Positions 1 to 9,606 are shown, numbered from the stretch's first letter. The stretch: DNA of 64,000 nt from an uncultured Bacteroidota bacterium (GCA_903919535.1 CAIXIP010000008.1:952-64951), one strand, 5' to 3'. Made by a program: numbers and translations. The notes: generated from the sequence alone by a model not told the origin.

Positions 1-481
1 GTGGACGGGGATTTTCAAGTACATTTTCTTTTATCATTAATGAAGCGCCACCAGGTAATTTTTCTTCACCAGGTTGAAAGATCAATTTAATTGTCCCTTC
101 AAATTCATTTTTTAATTCATTTAAAATTTTAGCAGCACCAAGTAAAGATGCACTATGCACATCATGTCCGCATGCATGCATGATACCTGCATTTTTAGAT
201 TTGTATTCAACATTATTAATTTCAGTTATTGGTAACGCATCCATATCTGCCCGAAATGCAATAACTTTTTTCGATGGATTGTTTCCTTCTATCAATGCAA
301 CAATTCCTGTTTTTACGATGCCTTGTGAAAACGGAATATTGTATTGTTTCAACTTAGATGCGATATAGTCAGATGTAGCATATTCTTCGAAAGATAATTC
401 AGGATACGCATGTAAATGCCTTCTGATTTCAATAGTTTCGGAAAGATATTTTTTTGCAGCTATTTTTATTTTTTCTTTCAC
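1..481 (-). CDS. M20D-family amidohydrolase (N-acyl-amino acid amidohydrolase/hippurate hydrolase-like), N-terminal part. The gene runs off the window start; GTG start at 481.
   Basis: Minus-strand translation from 481 reads VKEKIKIAAKKYLSETIEIRRHLHAYPELSFEEYATSDYIASKL...FRADMDALPI...GIMHACGHDVH...FQPGEE, which are M20D amidohydrolase hallmarks (HxHPEL, ACGHD). No stop before position 1. Confidence 0.7.
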   Translation of the reverse strand, partial: MKEKIKIAAKKYLSETIEIRRHLHAYPELSFEEYATSDYIASKLKQYNIPFSQGIVKTGIVALIEGNNPSKKVIAFRADMDALPITEINNVEYKSKNAGIMHACGHDVHSASLLGAAKILNELKNEFEGTIKLIFQPGEEKLPGGASLMIKENVLENPRP

Positions 482-489
482 AATAAAAT

Positions 490-873
490 TTATTTACCAA
501 AGATCATTTTTAGGGAAAGAAGAAATATGATTACACCAAATACTCTTTTTAAAGTTGTTTGATCCATTGCGATTGAAATTTTTGATCCAAAAAAACTTCC
601 AACAACAAAGGTGCAAGCGATAATTAATGCGGTTCTTGTTTCAATATGCCCTGCTTGATAATAATTATAAACACCCAGTATTCCGATAGGCATTAAAAAC
701 ATAAATAAAACTGTTCCTTGTGCCTGGTGTTGAGAGTACCCCAAAAAATAAATCAGCGCAGGAACAATAACGATTCCTCCTCCAATTCCTACCATACCAC
801 TTAAAATGCCCGCTAATAAGCCAATGCAAAGCAGAATAATAACTGTTGTCATATTGTATTTATTTTTTATCAC
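490..873 (-). CDS. TSUP/TauE-SafE (DUF81) family membrane protein. Only 127 aa, about half the normal length.
   Basis: LLAGILSGMVGIGGGIVIVPALIYFLGY is the typical TauE/SafE repeat-1 motif. About 4 TM segments. Confidence 0.55.
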   Translation of the reverse strand: MIKNKYNMTTVIILLCIGLLAGILSGMVGIGGGIVIVPALIYFLGYSQHQAQGTVLFMFLMPIGILGVYNYYQAGHIETRTALIIACTFVVGSFFGSKISIAMDQTTLKRVFGVIIFLLSLKMIFGK

Positions 874-884
874 GAAATATTGAA

Positions 885-3800
885 TTAAAAATCAAGACTT
901 AATGAGATGTACCAAAGTGGTTTTAAAATGATTCCATCCTGTACTCCCCACGCTCTGTCCAAACGAATGAAATAACCAAATAATCTACTTCTGATTCCCC
1001 AGCCATAGCCACCTATTAAAGGGTTGTGTTGTGTGTTCAGTGTGATTTCTAGTGGGCTACCTGGTGTGGCAATTACTGTTGTGTTCAACGAGTTTTTGTC
1101 AGAATAAGGGTCGTTACCGGTCCAGGCAGTTCCTAAGTCACCGAAAGTAATTATCTGAAAATTCTGGATAAAATCAGAACGAATCGGCCGTTTATATAAA
1201 TACTTGAAGATTGGGAATCGGAGTTCACTATTAATTACTACAAAGCTATTCCCATTACGTGCATTTTGATAAAAACCTCGCATATTTGTTGCTAATGTTT
1301 GATACGCATAATGTTGGTTTGTGGCAATGTTGGTTGTGTTATCAAAACGAGGGGTGATGTGATTATCAACGCCTCCCATATAATAAATAAGTTTTTGATT
1401 TCCGAAGGATGTACTAGCAGCAAAGCGGTTGGCCCAAATAAAATCACGGTGAATTTTTTTATAAAAACGCCAGTCGGTTCCGACAACAAAAAAATCTGTT
1501 TTGTCTTTGTCAATTTGTCTATAGTATTCTCCAAATAATTTCCCTCTCCATCCATTGTATAGATTTAATCCTCGCTTGATCGTATTGTCAAAAACGTATT
1601 CTAATTTAACCGTTCCCCAGTTTTCATAGGTGTTTTTTCGAAGTAGATTTGAATAATCAGTAGCTGTATAAACTGTTCTGTCATTACGATATGCAATGCT
1701 CGCACGTAAACTTGCAACTTCAGAAAAAGGAAACTTAAAGCTGTATCTGGCATCATGTGTATACACTTTTACTAAAGCATAATCTTGTGAAACATTCATC
1801 AAACTCTGACGATGCAACAAGATCTGTCGGTCAACATTTTTAATTCTATTTTCATAACTAAGAAAATATTCATTGCTATTTAAATTCCCAGAAAAGCGCA
1901 TTCCGCCTACAATACGATAGTCTTCAAAAAGGTCACTCATGCCAATTTTGAAGAAAGCATTTATGCCTGCATTCAAATAAATCGGACTTCCGCCACCGGT
2001 AAATTTTTGATATGATGAATTTAAAAACGAATTATCTAATTGTGATACAACATAATCAACTGAATAATTGATGTTGTAATTTCGTTGTTTACCTAATTGA
2101 AAATCAGCGTGCTTTTTTTCTTGACTAGCCGAGTCGCTTGTTATTAGCGGTTTTTTTTCTTGTTCTGATTTTTTCTCTGCTCTTTTTTGTTCGTTTTCAA
2201 ATGTATAATTATTAATATCTATTTCTGACGAATCCTTCTTTACAGGATCGCTGATATTAATTATCACTTTTACGTTTTCAGCTGTTGGTGTATCGTTCAG
2301 GTTTTTGTTTTTTACATTGGCTTCTACCTGCTCCTTTGTTTCCACCCTGTTTTTATAATCTCTATAAGATGTATTTTTTAAATCAACAGGAGCAAGGTTG
2401 TTGACACTTATCAGTGGACTAACAAATATTTTATATTTCCCATTCACATATATTATTTCAGATAATTTATTCGCTTTTATATTTACGTCTTGTTCTAAAA
2501 TGCTTCGAGAATAATTTGTAATTGGCATTGAAGAAACAACTGTTCGGTAATGAGCAGCAGTATCAACATACGCTATAACACTATCAAAACGGGCAATATA
2601 GCGGTTGCGAATCCCATTCATATCACTTAAATAAGAAATGTGGGTGCTGTCATAATCACCTGGATACATTTCATCAATTGAAGGTGTATTGGTAACTCGT
2701 TTCAGTACGTTCGATTTCGTAACATTATTAAAAATGAAAAGATCTTTGTGGGCTTGTGCATCATCCTGTTTTCGTTTAGGATTAAAGAATAGCGTATCAA
2801 CGGGCCTGTTGGAAGCAAAAATAATTTCTTTCGATCCATGAACAAATCGTGGTGTAAGATCATCATAAATATCTTTTGTTATTTGCTCATAAGCATTTGA
2901 AGCTGTTGTGAAAATAAAAAGGTCTGTCTGACCGGTTTGAACTGCCGACATAACAATTTTATTTCCTTCGGCATTGTATGAATAATCCAGTATTTTTTCG
3001 AACCCAATAACATTGCGTGAAGACCTGTCTTTTGTTTCCATGTCATACGTTGTCATAACCAAATAACCTTTTCGTTCAATGATGTACGAAAAAAGTTTTC
3101 CGCTCGGATGCCATGCTACTAAAGGGTAAGAGTAATCGTTTATGCGGTCTATTTTTTGTCCGGATTTTAAAAGACGTTTTGCTTTGTTTTTCTGAACATC
3201 ATATAACCAGAGTTTATATTGCCCTAATTCATTGGTTGCATACAAAACATAATTGCCATCAGGACTAACCTTTAATTGATTGTACACACGTGGTAATTTC
3301 GGTTTTTTAACAAGTAAATTTTCAGTTGGTAATGTTTTAAATCCATCCTTTTCTTCATATTTATTAGAAAACGATTCATAACATTCTTTCCATAAATTCT
3401 TAACAGAAATTCCTAAAACAAAAAGCGATGAGTTATCAATGTTTCTGCTCACTTTAGTCATGTATAACACATTTGAGATTACTGCTTCACCATAATTGTC
3501 TGCAATATGTCTCCAAAATGCGTGTCCGCCATAAGTCGCATCATTCCCTTCAAGGCGATTAATGTTTTTATAACGGCCACTAAGAATCCCATCTTTAACG
3601 TGATTGTCAATATCCGAATTCCAATCATTCGCAACATACGAAACTAGGCCATTGATATACCATTCGGGTAAGTTCAGTAAGGTGTTGTTTTTTACCATTT
3701 CTCGTATGTTTCCTCCATACATCATCTGGTCAATCATTACCTGTGCAATACCTCCACGAATTTGCGCATCTAATTTTGCATGGTCACCTTCGTAATATAA

Positions 3801-4208
3801 AATGATTTTTGAGCCAGCAATTCTTGTTACACCACCGGTGTTATATTGTTCATCAGTAGAAAGGCCAATGTTACTTTGTTTGAAATCAGATTGTTTGTTG
3901 TAAACAATAAATTGCAATTTTCCATCAAACGAATAATCGAACAATTTTTCAATATCTGTGATCTGTTTTTTTGCTGATACAGAAACATAATTGGCTAGCT
4001 CTCTTCCTTGTTCGTAGAAGTAAACATCGTATCTGTCATATTTGTAATATGTCCAAAAGAAGTCTTCATACTTCACACGATTTTTGCCAAAATCCATTTG
4101 TGAGCCAGTATAAAATTGAGCATCCGAAACATTATTCAAAAATATAATGCAACAGAAAAGGGAAATAAAAAAAACTCTTTTGAAAAGAGATGAAAAAATA
4201 GTAGGCAC
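885..4208 (-). CDS. Large (1107 aa) outer-membrane protein: signal peptide, N-terminal beta-propeller/TolB(PD40)-like region, C-terminal Omp85/D15-type beta-barrel.
   Basis: N-terminal signal peptide. Repeated WD/PD40-like strands (KLWLYDVQ, VAWHPSGK, DLFIFT). The C-terminal ~350 aa is rich in alternating aromatics and ends ...YISLSLDF with a terminal Phe typical of OM barrels. Confidence 0.45.
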   Translation of the reverse strand: MPTIFSSLFKRVFFISLFCCIIFLNNVSDAQFYTGSQMDFGKNRVKYEDFFWTYYKYDRYDVYFYEQGRELANYVSVSAKKQITDIEKLFDYSFDGKLQFIVYNKQSDFKQSNIGLSTDEQYNTGGVTRIAGSKIILYYEGDHAKLDAQIRGGIAQVMIDQMMYGGNIREMVKNNTLLNLPEWYINGLVSYVANDWNSDIDNHVKDGILSGRYKNINRLEGNDATYGGHAFWRHIADNYGEAVISNVLYMTKVSRNIDNSSLFVLGISVKNLWKECYESFSNKYEEKDGFKTLPTENLLVKKPKLPRVYNQLKVSPDGNYVLYATNELGQYKLWLYDVQKNKAKRLLKSGQKIDRINDYSYPLVAWHPSGKLFSYIIERKGYLVMTTYDMETKDRSSRNVIGFEKILDYSYNAEGNKIVMSAVQTGQTDLFIFTTASNAYEQITKDIYDDLTPRFVHGSKEIIFASNRPVDTLFFNPKRKQDDAQAHKDLFIFNNVTKSNVLKRVTNTPSIDEMYPGDYDSTHISYLSDMNGIRNRYIARFDSVIAYVDTAAHYRTVVSSMPITNYSRSILEQDVNIKANKLSEIIYVNGKYKIFVSPLISVNNLAPVDLKNTSYRDYKNRVETKEQVEANVKNKNLNDTPTAENVKVIINISDPVKKDSSEIDINNYTFENEQKRAEKKSEQEKKPLITSDSASQEKKHADFQLGKQRNYNINYSVDYVVSQLDNSFLNSSYQKFTGGGSPIYLNAGINAFFKIGMSDLFEDYRIVGGMRFSGNLNSNEYFLSYENRIKNVDRQILLHRQSLMNVSQDYALVKVYTHDARYSFKFPFSEVASLRASIAYRNDRTVYTATDYSNLLRKNTYENWGTVKLEYVFDNTIKRGLNLYNGWRGKLFGEYYRQIDKDKTDFFVVGTDWRFYKKIHRDFIWANRFAASTSFGNQKLIYYMGGVDNHITPRFDNTTNIATNQHYAYQTLATNMRGFYQNARNGNSFVVINSELRFPIFKYLYKRPIRSDFIQNFQIITFGDLGTAWTGNDPYSDKNSLNTTVIATPGSPLEITLNTQHNPLIGGYGWGIRSRLFGYFIRLDRAWGVQDGIILKPLWYISLSLDF

Positions 4209-4281
4209 AATAAATTTTATTAGAATGCTAAAATACTAATTAATGGAACGATTTACAAGCACTTTTAATTGATGAATTTGT

Positions 4282-4289
4282 TATTTTTG
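4282..4289 (+). promoter_or_regulatory. Bacteroidetes sigma-A -7 box (TAnnTTTG) upstream of the MBL-hydrolase gene
   Basis: TATTTTTG lies 27 nt before the ATG at 4316. Confidence 0.35.
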
Positions 4290-4315
4290 CATGAAATTTA
4301 ATATTGATTTGAATT

Positions 4316-4957
4316 ATGATCACAATAAAAACATTTGTTTTTGGACCTTTTCAGGAAAACACATATTTGCTTTATGACGAAAGTAAGGAGTGTATTGTTA
4401 TTGATCCAGGCTGTTATGATAGCCATGAACGCGAAGAATTAACTGATTTTATTGAAGCCAATAAACTGAAGCCTGTTAAATTATTGAATACACATTGTCA
4501 TCTTGATCATATGTTTGGCAATGGGTTTATTACTGAAACTTACAAGATAAAACCAGAATTTGATAAAAACGAACAAATGGTTTTTGATACCTATCTTCCC
4601 ACAGCAAATATGTATAATCTTGAAGCATCACCATCTTCTGCTCCCGAAAAGTATTTGAAAGAAGGCGATGAGATTAAATTCGGAAATTCGACATTGGAAA
4701 TAACAAGCGTTCCGGGGCATTCACCTGGAAGTCTCACATTTTATAATCGCGAACAAAAATTTATGATCGTTGGTGATGTATTGTTCTACGGAAGTATTGG
4801 TAGAAGCGATTTGCCAGGGGGTAATCACAATACGCTAATATCAAGTATTCATACAAAGTTGTTGCCTCTTGGCGATGATTATACAGTTTACAGCGGACAT
4901 GGAAAATCAACTTCAATTGGTTTTGAGAGAATGAATAATCCTTATTTGAACGATTAA
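4316..4957 (+). CDS. MBL-fold metallo-hydrolase (hydroxyacylglutathione hydrolase-like)
   Basis: HCHLDH (HxHxDH) zinc motif, with downstream GHSPGS and GD..F motifs. 213 aa. Confidence 0.85.
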   Translation: MITIKTFVFGPFQENTYLLYDESKECIVIDPGCYDSHEREELTDFIEANKLKPVKLLNTHCHLDHMFGNGFITETYKIKPEFDKNEQMVFDTYLPTANMYNLEASPSSAPEKYLKEGDEIKFGNSTLEITSVPGHSPGSLTFYNREQKFMIVGDVLFYGSIGRSDLPGGNHNTLISSIHTKLLPLGDDYTVYSGHGKSTSIGFERMNNPYLND

Positions 4958-4972
4958 TATTTAGAGAATAGT

Positions 4973-5003
4973 TCTCCTTTGCAAAAGGGGAGAAATTTTT
5001 TTG
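4973..5003 (+). terminator. Rho-independent terminator after the MBL gene
   Basis: Hairpin tctcctttgcaaaaggggaga followed by a T7 run. Confidence 0.5.
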
Positions 5004-5103
5004 CCACCGAACATATTTCTACAAACTCAATACGACTACTTCGCGGTCAGTCTCATTTTGTAGAAGGACCAGTAACCTTATTCTTCGATTCAAAAAATAA
5101 TTA

Positions 5104-5325
5104 ATGATGATTAAACTAGGCAAATACAAGCACTACAAAGGAAAACAATACGAAGTAATTGGTGTTGCTCGCCATAGTGAAACCCTCGAAAATATGGTAG
5201 TTTACAAAGCGCTTTATTTGCCGGAAGGAGAAAATCTTTGGGTGCGACCATTAAATATGTTCATGGAAGAAGTTGAAGTGGATGGAAAAAAAGTTCCTCG
5301 GTTTGGGTATCTGGGAGATGTTTAA
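5104..5325 (+). CDS. DUF1653 family protein
   Basis: KYKHYKGKQYEVIGVARHSETLENMVVYKALY matches the DUF1653 signature. 73 aa. Confidence 0.65.
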   Translation: MMIKLGKYKHYKGKQYEVIGVARHSETLENMVVYKALYLPEGENLWVRPLNMFMEEVEVDGKKVPRFGYLGDV

Positions 5326-5429
5326 TTTTTTTGCCATTCTTAGCAGAGCCAAGAATATCATTAACCTGATTATTTAATTCTGTTCACTGCTAATAATATA
5401 AAAACGCGAGGGAGGTTGTTATTTCTTCT

Positions 5430-5906
5430 TTACTTATTGCTATAAAAGTCGAAATCAAAAAAATGTCTTTTATTATATTCCCAAATTTCTCCAATAAGTT
5501 TTTTCTCACATTTATCTATTGGAATTGCTTTTTTTTCTTGGAGTTCTAATAATGAACCGAAGTAAATTGAAAATGTATTTTTGTCAAATTGAATTGCCAT
5601 CCAATGTGCCGTTGCGCTATGCTTTATTTCTGACAAATGAGCTTTTTTATGAGCATTATTTCCAAGATTATACCGAGTGTTTAATGTTCCCTTCTTTTCG
5701 TATTTATTTCTAGCTTTTACACTTATGATATATTTTTTTCCTTCTTTTTCACATTCTAGGTCAGCAAAAGGTTCATTAAGTGTTTTATCATTTAAGTTTC
5801 TAATTTTATCAAAACCTCTATCTACTAAAGCTTTTATCGCAAATAATTCACCTAGTTCCCCAAGAGATTTTTTTCTAGCAGCTTCTTTTTTATTTAAATC
5901 GTTCAT
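5430..5906 (-). CDS. PD-(D/E)xK nuclease-fold protein, Hjc/YraN(UPF0102)-like, with a C-terminal extension
   Basis: GELGELFAIKALVDRGF ... PFADLECEKEGKKYIISVKARNK. The D...ExK arrangement and the hydrophobic strand before K resemble Holliday-junction-resolvase-like and YraN endonucleases. Very AT- and Lys-rich coding sequence. Confidence 0.45.
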   Translation of the reverse strand: MNDLNKKEAARKKSLGELGELFAIKALVDRGFDKIRNLNDKTLNEPFADLECEKEGKKYIISVKARNKYEKKGTLNTRYNLGNNAHKKAHLSEIKHSATAHWMAIQFDKNTFSIYFGSLLELQEKKAIPIDKCEKKLIGEIWEYNKRHFFDFDFYSNK

Positions 5907-6010
5907 ATAATTTTCAATTATTTTTGCTTTTAAATTAACCCGTCACCAATTAAAATAAATGTACAAAAATTTGATAATATTATAATAAGTGCGTTTAGTG
6001 AAATAGAACA

Positions 6011-6046
6011 AGGGAATAAAAAATCCCGCCATTTGCGGGATTTTAA
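6011..6046 (-). terminator. Rho-independent terminator downstream of serS
   Basis: Perfect hairpin aaaatcccgc-cattt-gcgggatttt with a flanking A/T run (U-run on the minus-strand RNA). Confidence 0.55.
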
Positions 6047-6070
6047 AAAAAACATTTTATGAAAATGAAA

Positions 6071-7342
6071 TTAATTAATCATTTCAAATCCACAATACGG
6101 AATCAACACTTTCGGAATTTTTATTCCTTCTGCAGTTTGATTGTTTTCCAATAAACAAGCTACAATACGAGGCAATGCCAACGCGCTTCCATTCAATGTG
6201 TGCGCCAATTGTGGTTTCCCATCGCCTTCTTTAAAACGTAGTTTCAAACGGTTACTTTGGAAAGTTTCAAAATTTGATACAGAACTTACCTCTAGCCATT
6301 TTTCTTGCGCTGCAGAAAAAGTTTCAAAATCATATGTTAAAGCAGAAGCAAAACTCATATCTCCACCGCATAATTTCAATGTGCGGAAAGGTAACTCCAG
6401 GTCACGTAATAAACCTGCAACATAGTTACGCATATCTTCTAATGTTTCGTATGATTTGTCAGGATGAGAAATTTGTACGATCTCCACTTTATCGAATTGA
6501 TGCAAACGGTTTAACCCTCTTACATCTTTTCCATAACTTCCTGCTTCTCTTCTAAAGCAAGGGGTGTAGCCACAATTTTTTATTGGTAATTGTTCTGCTT
6601 TTAAAATTACATCACGATAAATATTTGTAATAGGAACTTCAGCTGTTGGAATCAAGTATAAATTATCAATTGTTGCATGATACATCTGTCCTTCTTTATC
6701 GGGTAATTGTCCGGTTGCATATCCGGAAGTTTCATTCACTAATATAGGAGGCTGAATTTCTAAATATCCTGCTGCTGTTGCTCTGTCTAAAAAGAAATTT
6801 ATCAATGCACGTTGCAAGCGAGCAGCTTTCCCTTTGTATACAGGGAATCCGGCACCGGTTAATTTCACTCCCAATTCAAAATCTATAATATCATATTGGG
6901 TGGTTAGCTCCCAATGAGGTTTCGCGCCAGCATATAATTTTGGAATCTCCCCTTCCTGATACACATTTTCATTTTCTGCAGGTGTTTTTCCTTTTGGCAC
7001 AGTGCTATTTGGAGTATTCGGAACTTGCACTAATAATTTATATTGTTCTTCTTCAATAGCTTTCAGTTGATCAGAAAGTTTGTTTGAACTTTCTTTTACA
7101 GCAGCACTTTTGTTTTTTAAATCGTCAGCTTCCGCTTTTTTACCTTGTTTAAATAGATCACCAACTTGTTTTGCAATAGTATTTGCTTCGTTTAATAAGG
7201 AATCCAATTCCTTTTGGGTGGTTTTTCTAGCATCGTCCAATTCAAGTACTTTTTCCAAAATTGGTTTTGCATCAAAATTTTTGATAGCTAAACGAGCAAT
7301 CGCTTCGTTTTTATTTTCGCGGATATAGTTAAGTTGTAACAT
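6071..7342 (-). CDS. serS: Seryl-tRNA synthetase
   Basis: MLQLNYIREN... N-terminal coiled coil. Class II motifs (FRRE, GLNRLHQFDKVE, GSALA..R). 423 aa. Confidence 0.95.
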   Translation of the reverse strand: MLQLNYIRENKNEAIARLAIKNFDAKPILEKVLELDDARKTTQKELDSLLNEANTIAKQVGDLFKQGKKAEADDLKNKSAAVKESSNKLSDQLKAIEEEQYKLLVQVPNTPNSTVPKGKTPAENENVYQEGEIPKLYAGAKPHWELTTQYDIIDFELGVKLTGAGFPVYKGKAARLQRALINFFLDRATAAGYLEIQPPILVNETSGYATGQLPDKEGQMYHATIDNLYLIPTAEVPITNIYRDVILKAEQLPIKNCGYTPCFRREAGSYGKDVRGLNRLHQFDKVEIVQISHPDKSYETLEDMRNYVAGLLRDLELPFRTLKLCGGDMSFASALTYDFETFSAAQEKWLEVSSVSNFETFQSNRLKLRFKEGDGKPQLAHTLNGSALALPRIVACLLENNQTAEGIKIPKVLIPYCGFEMIN

Positions 7343-7455
7343 ATATTTTTGTTGGTTGTTAGTTTTTTGTTGTAATCTATTTGAAGGACAAAAAATAAAA
7401 AATCTCCTAAACTTCTGTTGAAGCTCAGGAGATTTTTAAAAATTATTGAATAACC

Positions 7456-7722
7456 TTATGCTTCAGCAGTGAATGGAATAACCGAAACATACGATTTATC
7501 ATCGCGTTTCTTTTTAAATTCAACTGTTCCATCAGTTAAAGCGAATAAAGTATGGTCTTTACCAATACCAACGTTTGCACCTGGATTGTGTTTAGTACCT
7601 CTTTGACGAACGATAATGTTCCCAGAGATAGCTAATTGACCACCAAAAATTTTAACGCCTAAACGTTTACTTTGCGATTCGCGGCCGTTGTCGGAACTAC
7701 CCGCACCTTTTTTATGTGCCAT
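7456..7722 (-). CDS. rpmA: 50S ribosomal protein L27
   Basis: [28 protein letters not shown] is the canonical L27 N-terminus. Confidence 0.95.
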   Translation of the reverse strand: MAHKKGAGSSDNGRESQSKRLGVKIFGGQLAISGNIIVRQRGTKHNPGANVGIGKDHTLFALTDGTVEFKKKRDDKSYVSVIPFTAEA

Positions 7723-7783
7723 GTTTTCTAGTAATTATTTTATTATAAATTAAAAATCATGAATTGAATTCGATCAATTCAAA

Positions 7784-8278
7784 TTATTTAGCTTCTTTTT
7801 TAGCTGCTGCTTTCTTAGGAGCTGCTTTTTTAGTTGCAGTTTCTGTTTTAGCTGCTGCTTTTTTAGGAGCTGCTTTTTTTGTTGCTTTCACTTCAACTTC
7901 AGTTGTTTCAACTTTAGCTTTCGGTGCTTTTTTCTCAACAGAAATTTCATCTTTCAATGTTTCGCCTTTACCTAAAATTCCTTGAATAAGGATTTGAGAT
8001 AATTGCTGACGGTGACCATTTGATTTTTGGTAACCTTTTCTGCGTTTCTTTTTAAATACGATGACTTTGTCACCTTTTAGATGGGAAAGTACTGTTGCAG
8101 CTACTTTTGCACCATCTACTGAAGGGGTTCCAATTTGAATTTTTCCGTCATTGTCAATTAACAACACGTTATCAAATTCAATTTTAGACCCTTCGCTAGC
8201 TTCTAGGCGGTGAACATACACTTTAGTGCCACGTTCTACCTTAAATTGTTGCCCGGCTATTTCTACGATTGCGTACAT
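7784..8278 (-). CDS. rplU: 50S ribosomal protein L21 with a Lys/Ala-rich (histone H1-like) C-terminal extension
   Basis: MYAIVEIAGQQFKVERG is the L21 core (~100 aa). It is followed by KKAAPKKAAAK repeats. Confidence 0.9.
   Translation of the reverse strand: MYAIVEIAGQQFKVERGTKVYVHRLEASEGSKIEFDNVLLIDNDGKIQIGTPSVDGAKVAATVLSHLKGDKVIVFKKKRRKGYQKSNGHRQQLSQILIQGILGKGETLKDEISVEKKAPKAKVETTEVEVKATKKAAPKKAAAKTETATKKAAPKKAAAKKEAK
7790..7890. repeat. Tandem ~48-bp in-frame DNA repeat encoding the KKAAPKKAAAK tail of L21
   Basis: agctgctgcttt(c/t)ttaggagctgcttttttt(a)gttgc... occurs twice in tandem. Confidence 0.6.
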
Positions 8279-8350
8279 TTTTTAGGGTTTTATTTGTTAA
8301 TACTACCCAAGCATAATTATTTCTTGGGGGCACGAAATTAAGAAAATATT

Positions 8351-9268
8351 TTATTCTGGCAAAGAAATGGAGCTTTTTTTCTTGTTTACCAGGTATACGC
8401 CTAGCAATATTAGGCCAATCCAAACAAAATGAAGCGGTAAAACAGCTTCGTTGTCAAAAAGCCCCCAACCCATTGCTACTATTGGTATAAGGTAGGTAAC
8501 GGAAGATGCAAAAAGGGCCGTTGTCTGCCGAATTAACACGTTAAAAACAATTACGGAAATGGCGGTGCCGAAAATTGCCAAAATTGCCACATATCCTAAA
8601 CTTTCCATCGCTTTTGGATTACTGGCAAAACGAACAGTGAAATCGGTAAATCCAAATAAATAAATTCCGGCCATAGGACCGATAAACATCATTGCCCAAA
8701 CAGTAGCAGTAATAGAATTAACATCATTCAAGCTCTTTTTTATGATATTGACACTAAGTCCGTAGCAAATAGTTGCGAGTACTACATAAAATCCAAATAA
8801 CAGATTATTATTCATGTCGATACTTTTGCCAACCATAAGTAAACCAATAGCTCCAACAAAGCCAATCATAATACCAATTGCATTTATCCAACGTGTTTTA
8901 ATGTTGAAAATTAAAACACCCAATAATAATGTAAATAAAGGAGTTAAAGAGTTTAACATGCCGGCTAAGGAGCTACTAATGCCGGTTTCTGCCTTTGTAA
9001 ATAAAAATGCAGGAATAAAATTTCCAATTACTCCCATGCCTAAAAATCCTTTCCAATGTTTGAGCATTGGCATTTTTACGTGTCGGAAGATGAGAGGAGA
9101 TAAAAATAAAAACGCAATAAGAATTCGAAGTGCAGCTACTTCTTCACTCGAATAAACTTCTAATCCTCTTTTCATTAAAATGAAGGAGCTCCCCCAAATA
9201 AGGGCTAAGGCGATTAAGATAATCCATTGAAGAAGTTTTTTGCTCACTTTTTTAAAATTAGTCGACAA
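8351..9268 (-). CDS. EamA/DMT-superfamily transporter
   Basis: 305 aa, ~10 TM segments in two EamA-like halves. Confidence 0.75.
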   Translation of the reverse strand: MSTNFKKVSKKLLQWIILIALALIWGSSFILMKRGLEVYSSEEVAALRILIAFLFLSPLIFRHVKMPMLKHWKGFLGMGVIGNFIPAFLFTKAETGISSSLAGMLNSLTPLFTLLLGVLIFNIKTRWINAIGIMIGFVGAIGLLMVGKSIDMNNNLLFGFYVVLATICYGLSVNIIKKSLNDVNSITATVWAMMFIGPMAGIYLFGFTDFTVRFASNPKAMESLGYVAILAIFGTAISVIVFNVLIRQTTALFASSVTYLIPIVAMGWGLFDNEAVLPLHFVWIGLILLGVYLVNKKKSSISLPE

Positions 9269-9390
9269 AGATATTACAATTGTTGAATGACAAATGACGA
9301 TTCTAGCTGAAAAATTTATGAATTAAAATGTAATTTTGTAGAAATAAGCAAAAGAAAATAAATAAATCAATCAATCAAAATTCGAAAAAT

Positions 9391-9606
9391 ATGTCAACAG
9401 AAAAAATAACACTGAAAATAGAAGGCATGACTTGCGGACATTGCGAAAAATCAGTTAACAGAATTCTTACAGGAATCGAGGGTGTTTCAGAATGTTCTGT
9501 GTCACTTCAAAATTCTTCTGCGGAAGTTACATTTGATAATTCAAAAACTACAAAACACTTAATAGAAAAAGCTGTCAACGATAGTGAAATTTACAAAGCA
9601 AGTTAA
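9391..9606 (+). CDS. Heavy-metal-associated (HMA) domain protein, CopZ-like metallochaperone
   Basis: GMTCGHCEKSV metal-binding motif. 71 aa. Confidence 0.85.
   Translation: MSTEKITLKIEGMTCGHCEKSVNRILTGIEGVSECSVSLQNSSAEVTFDNSKTTKHLIEKAVNDSEIYKAS

Noticed and set aside
180-368. 62-aa plus-strand ORF
   Set aside because: Lies antisense inside the clearly coding minus-strand M20D amidohydrolase gene. Shadow ORF.
1292-1555. 87-aa and 79-aa ORFs inside the 885-4208 gene, plus the similar 3604-3795 ORF
   Set aside because: Embedded in or antisense to a long, well-supported CDS, with low-complexity translations. Shadow ORFs.
7790-7890. Direct repeats considered as a possible CRISPR or minisatellite
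   Set aside because: Only two in-frame copies inside rplU coding sequence, no spacers. It is a coding tandem duplication.
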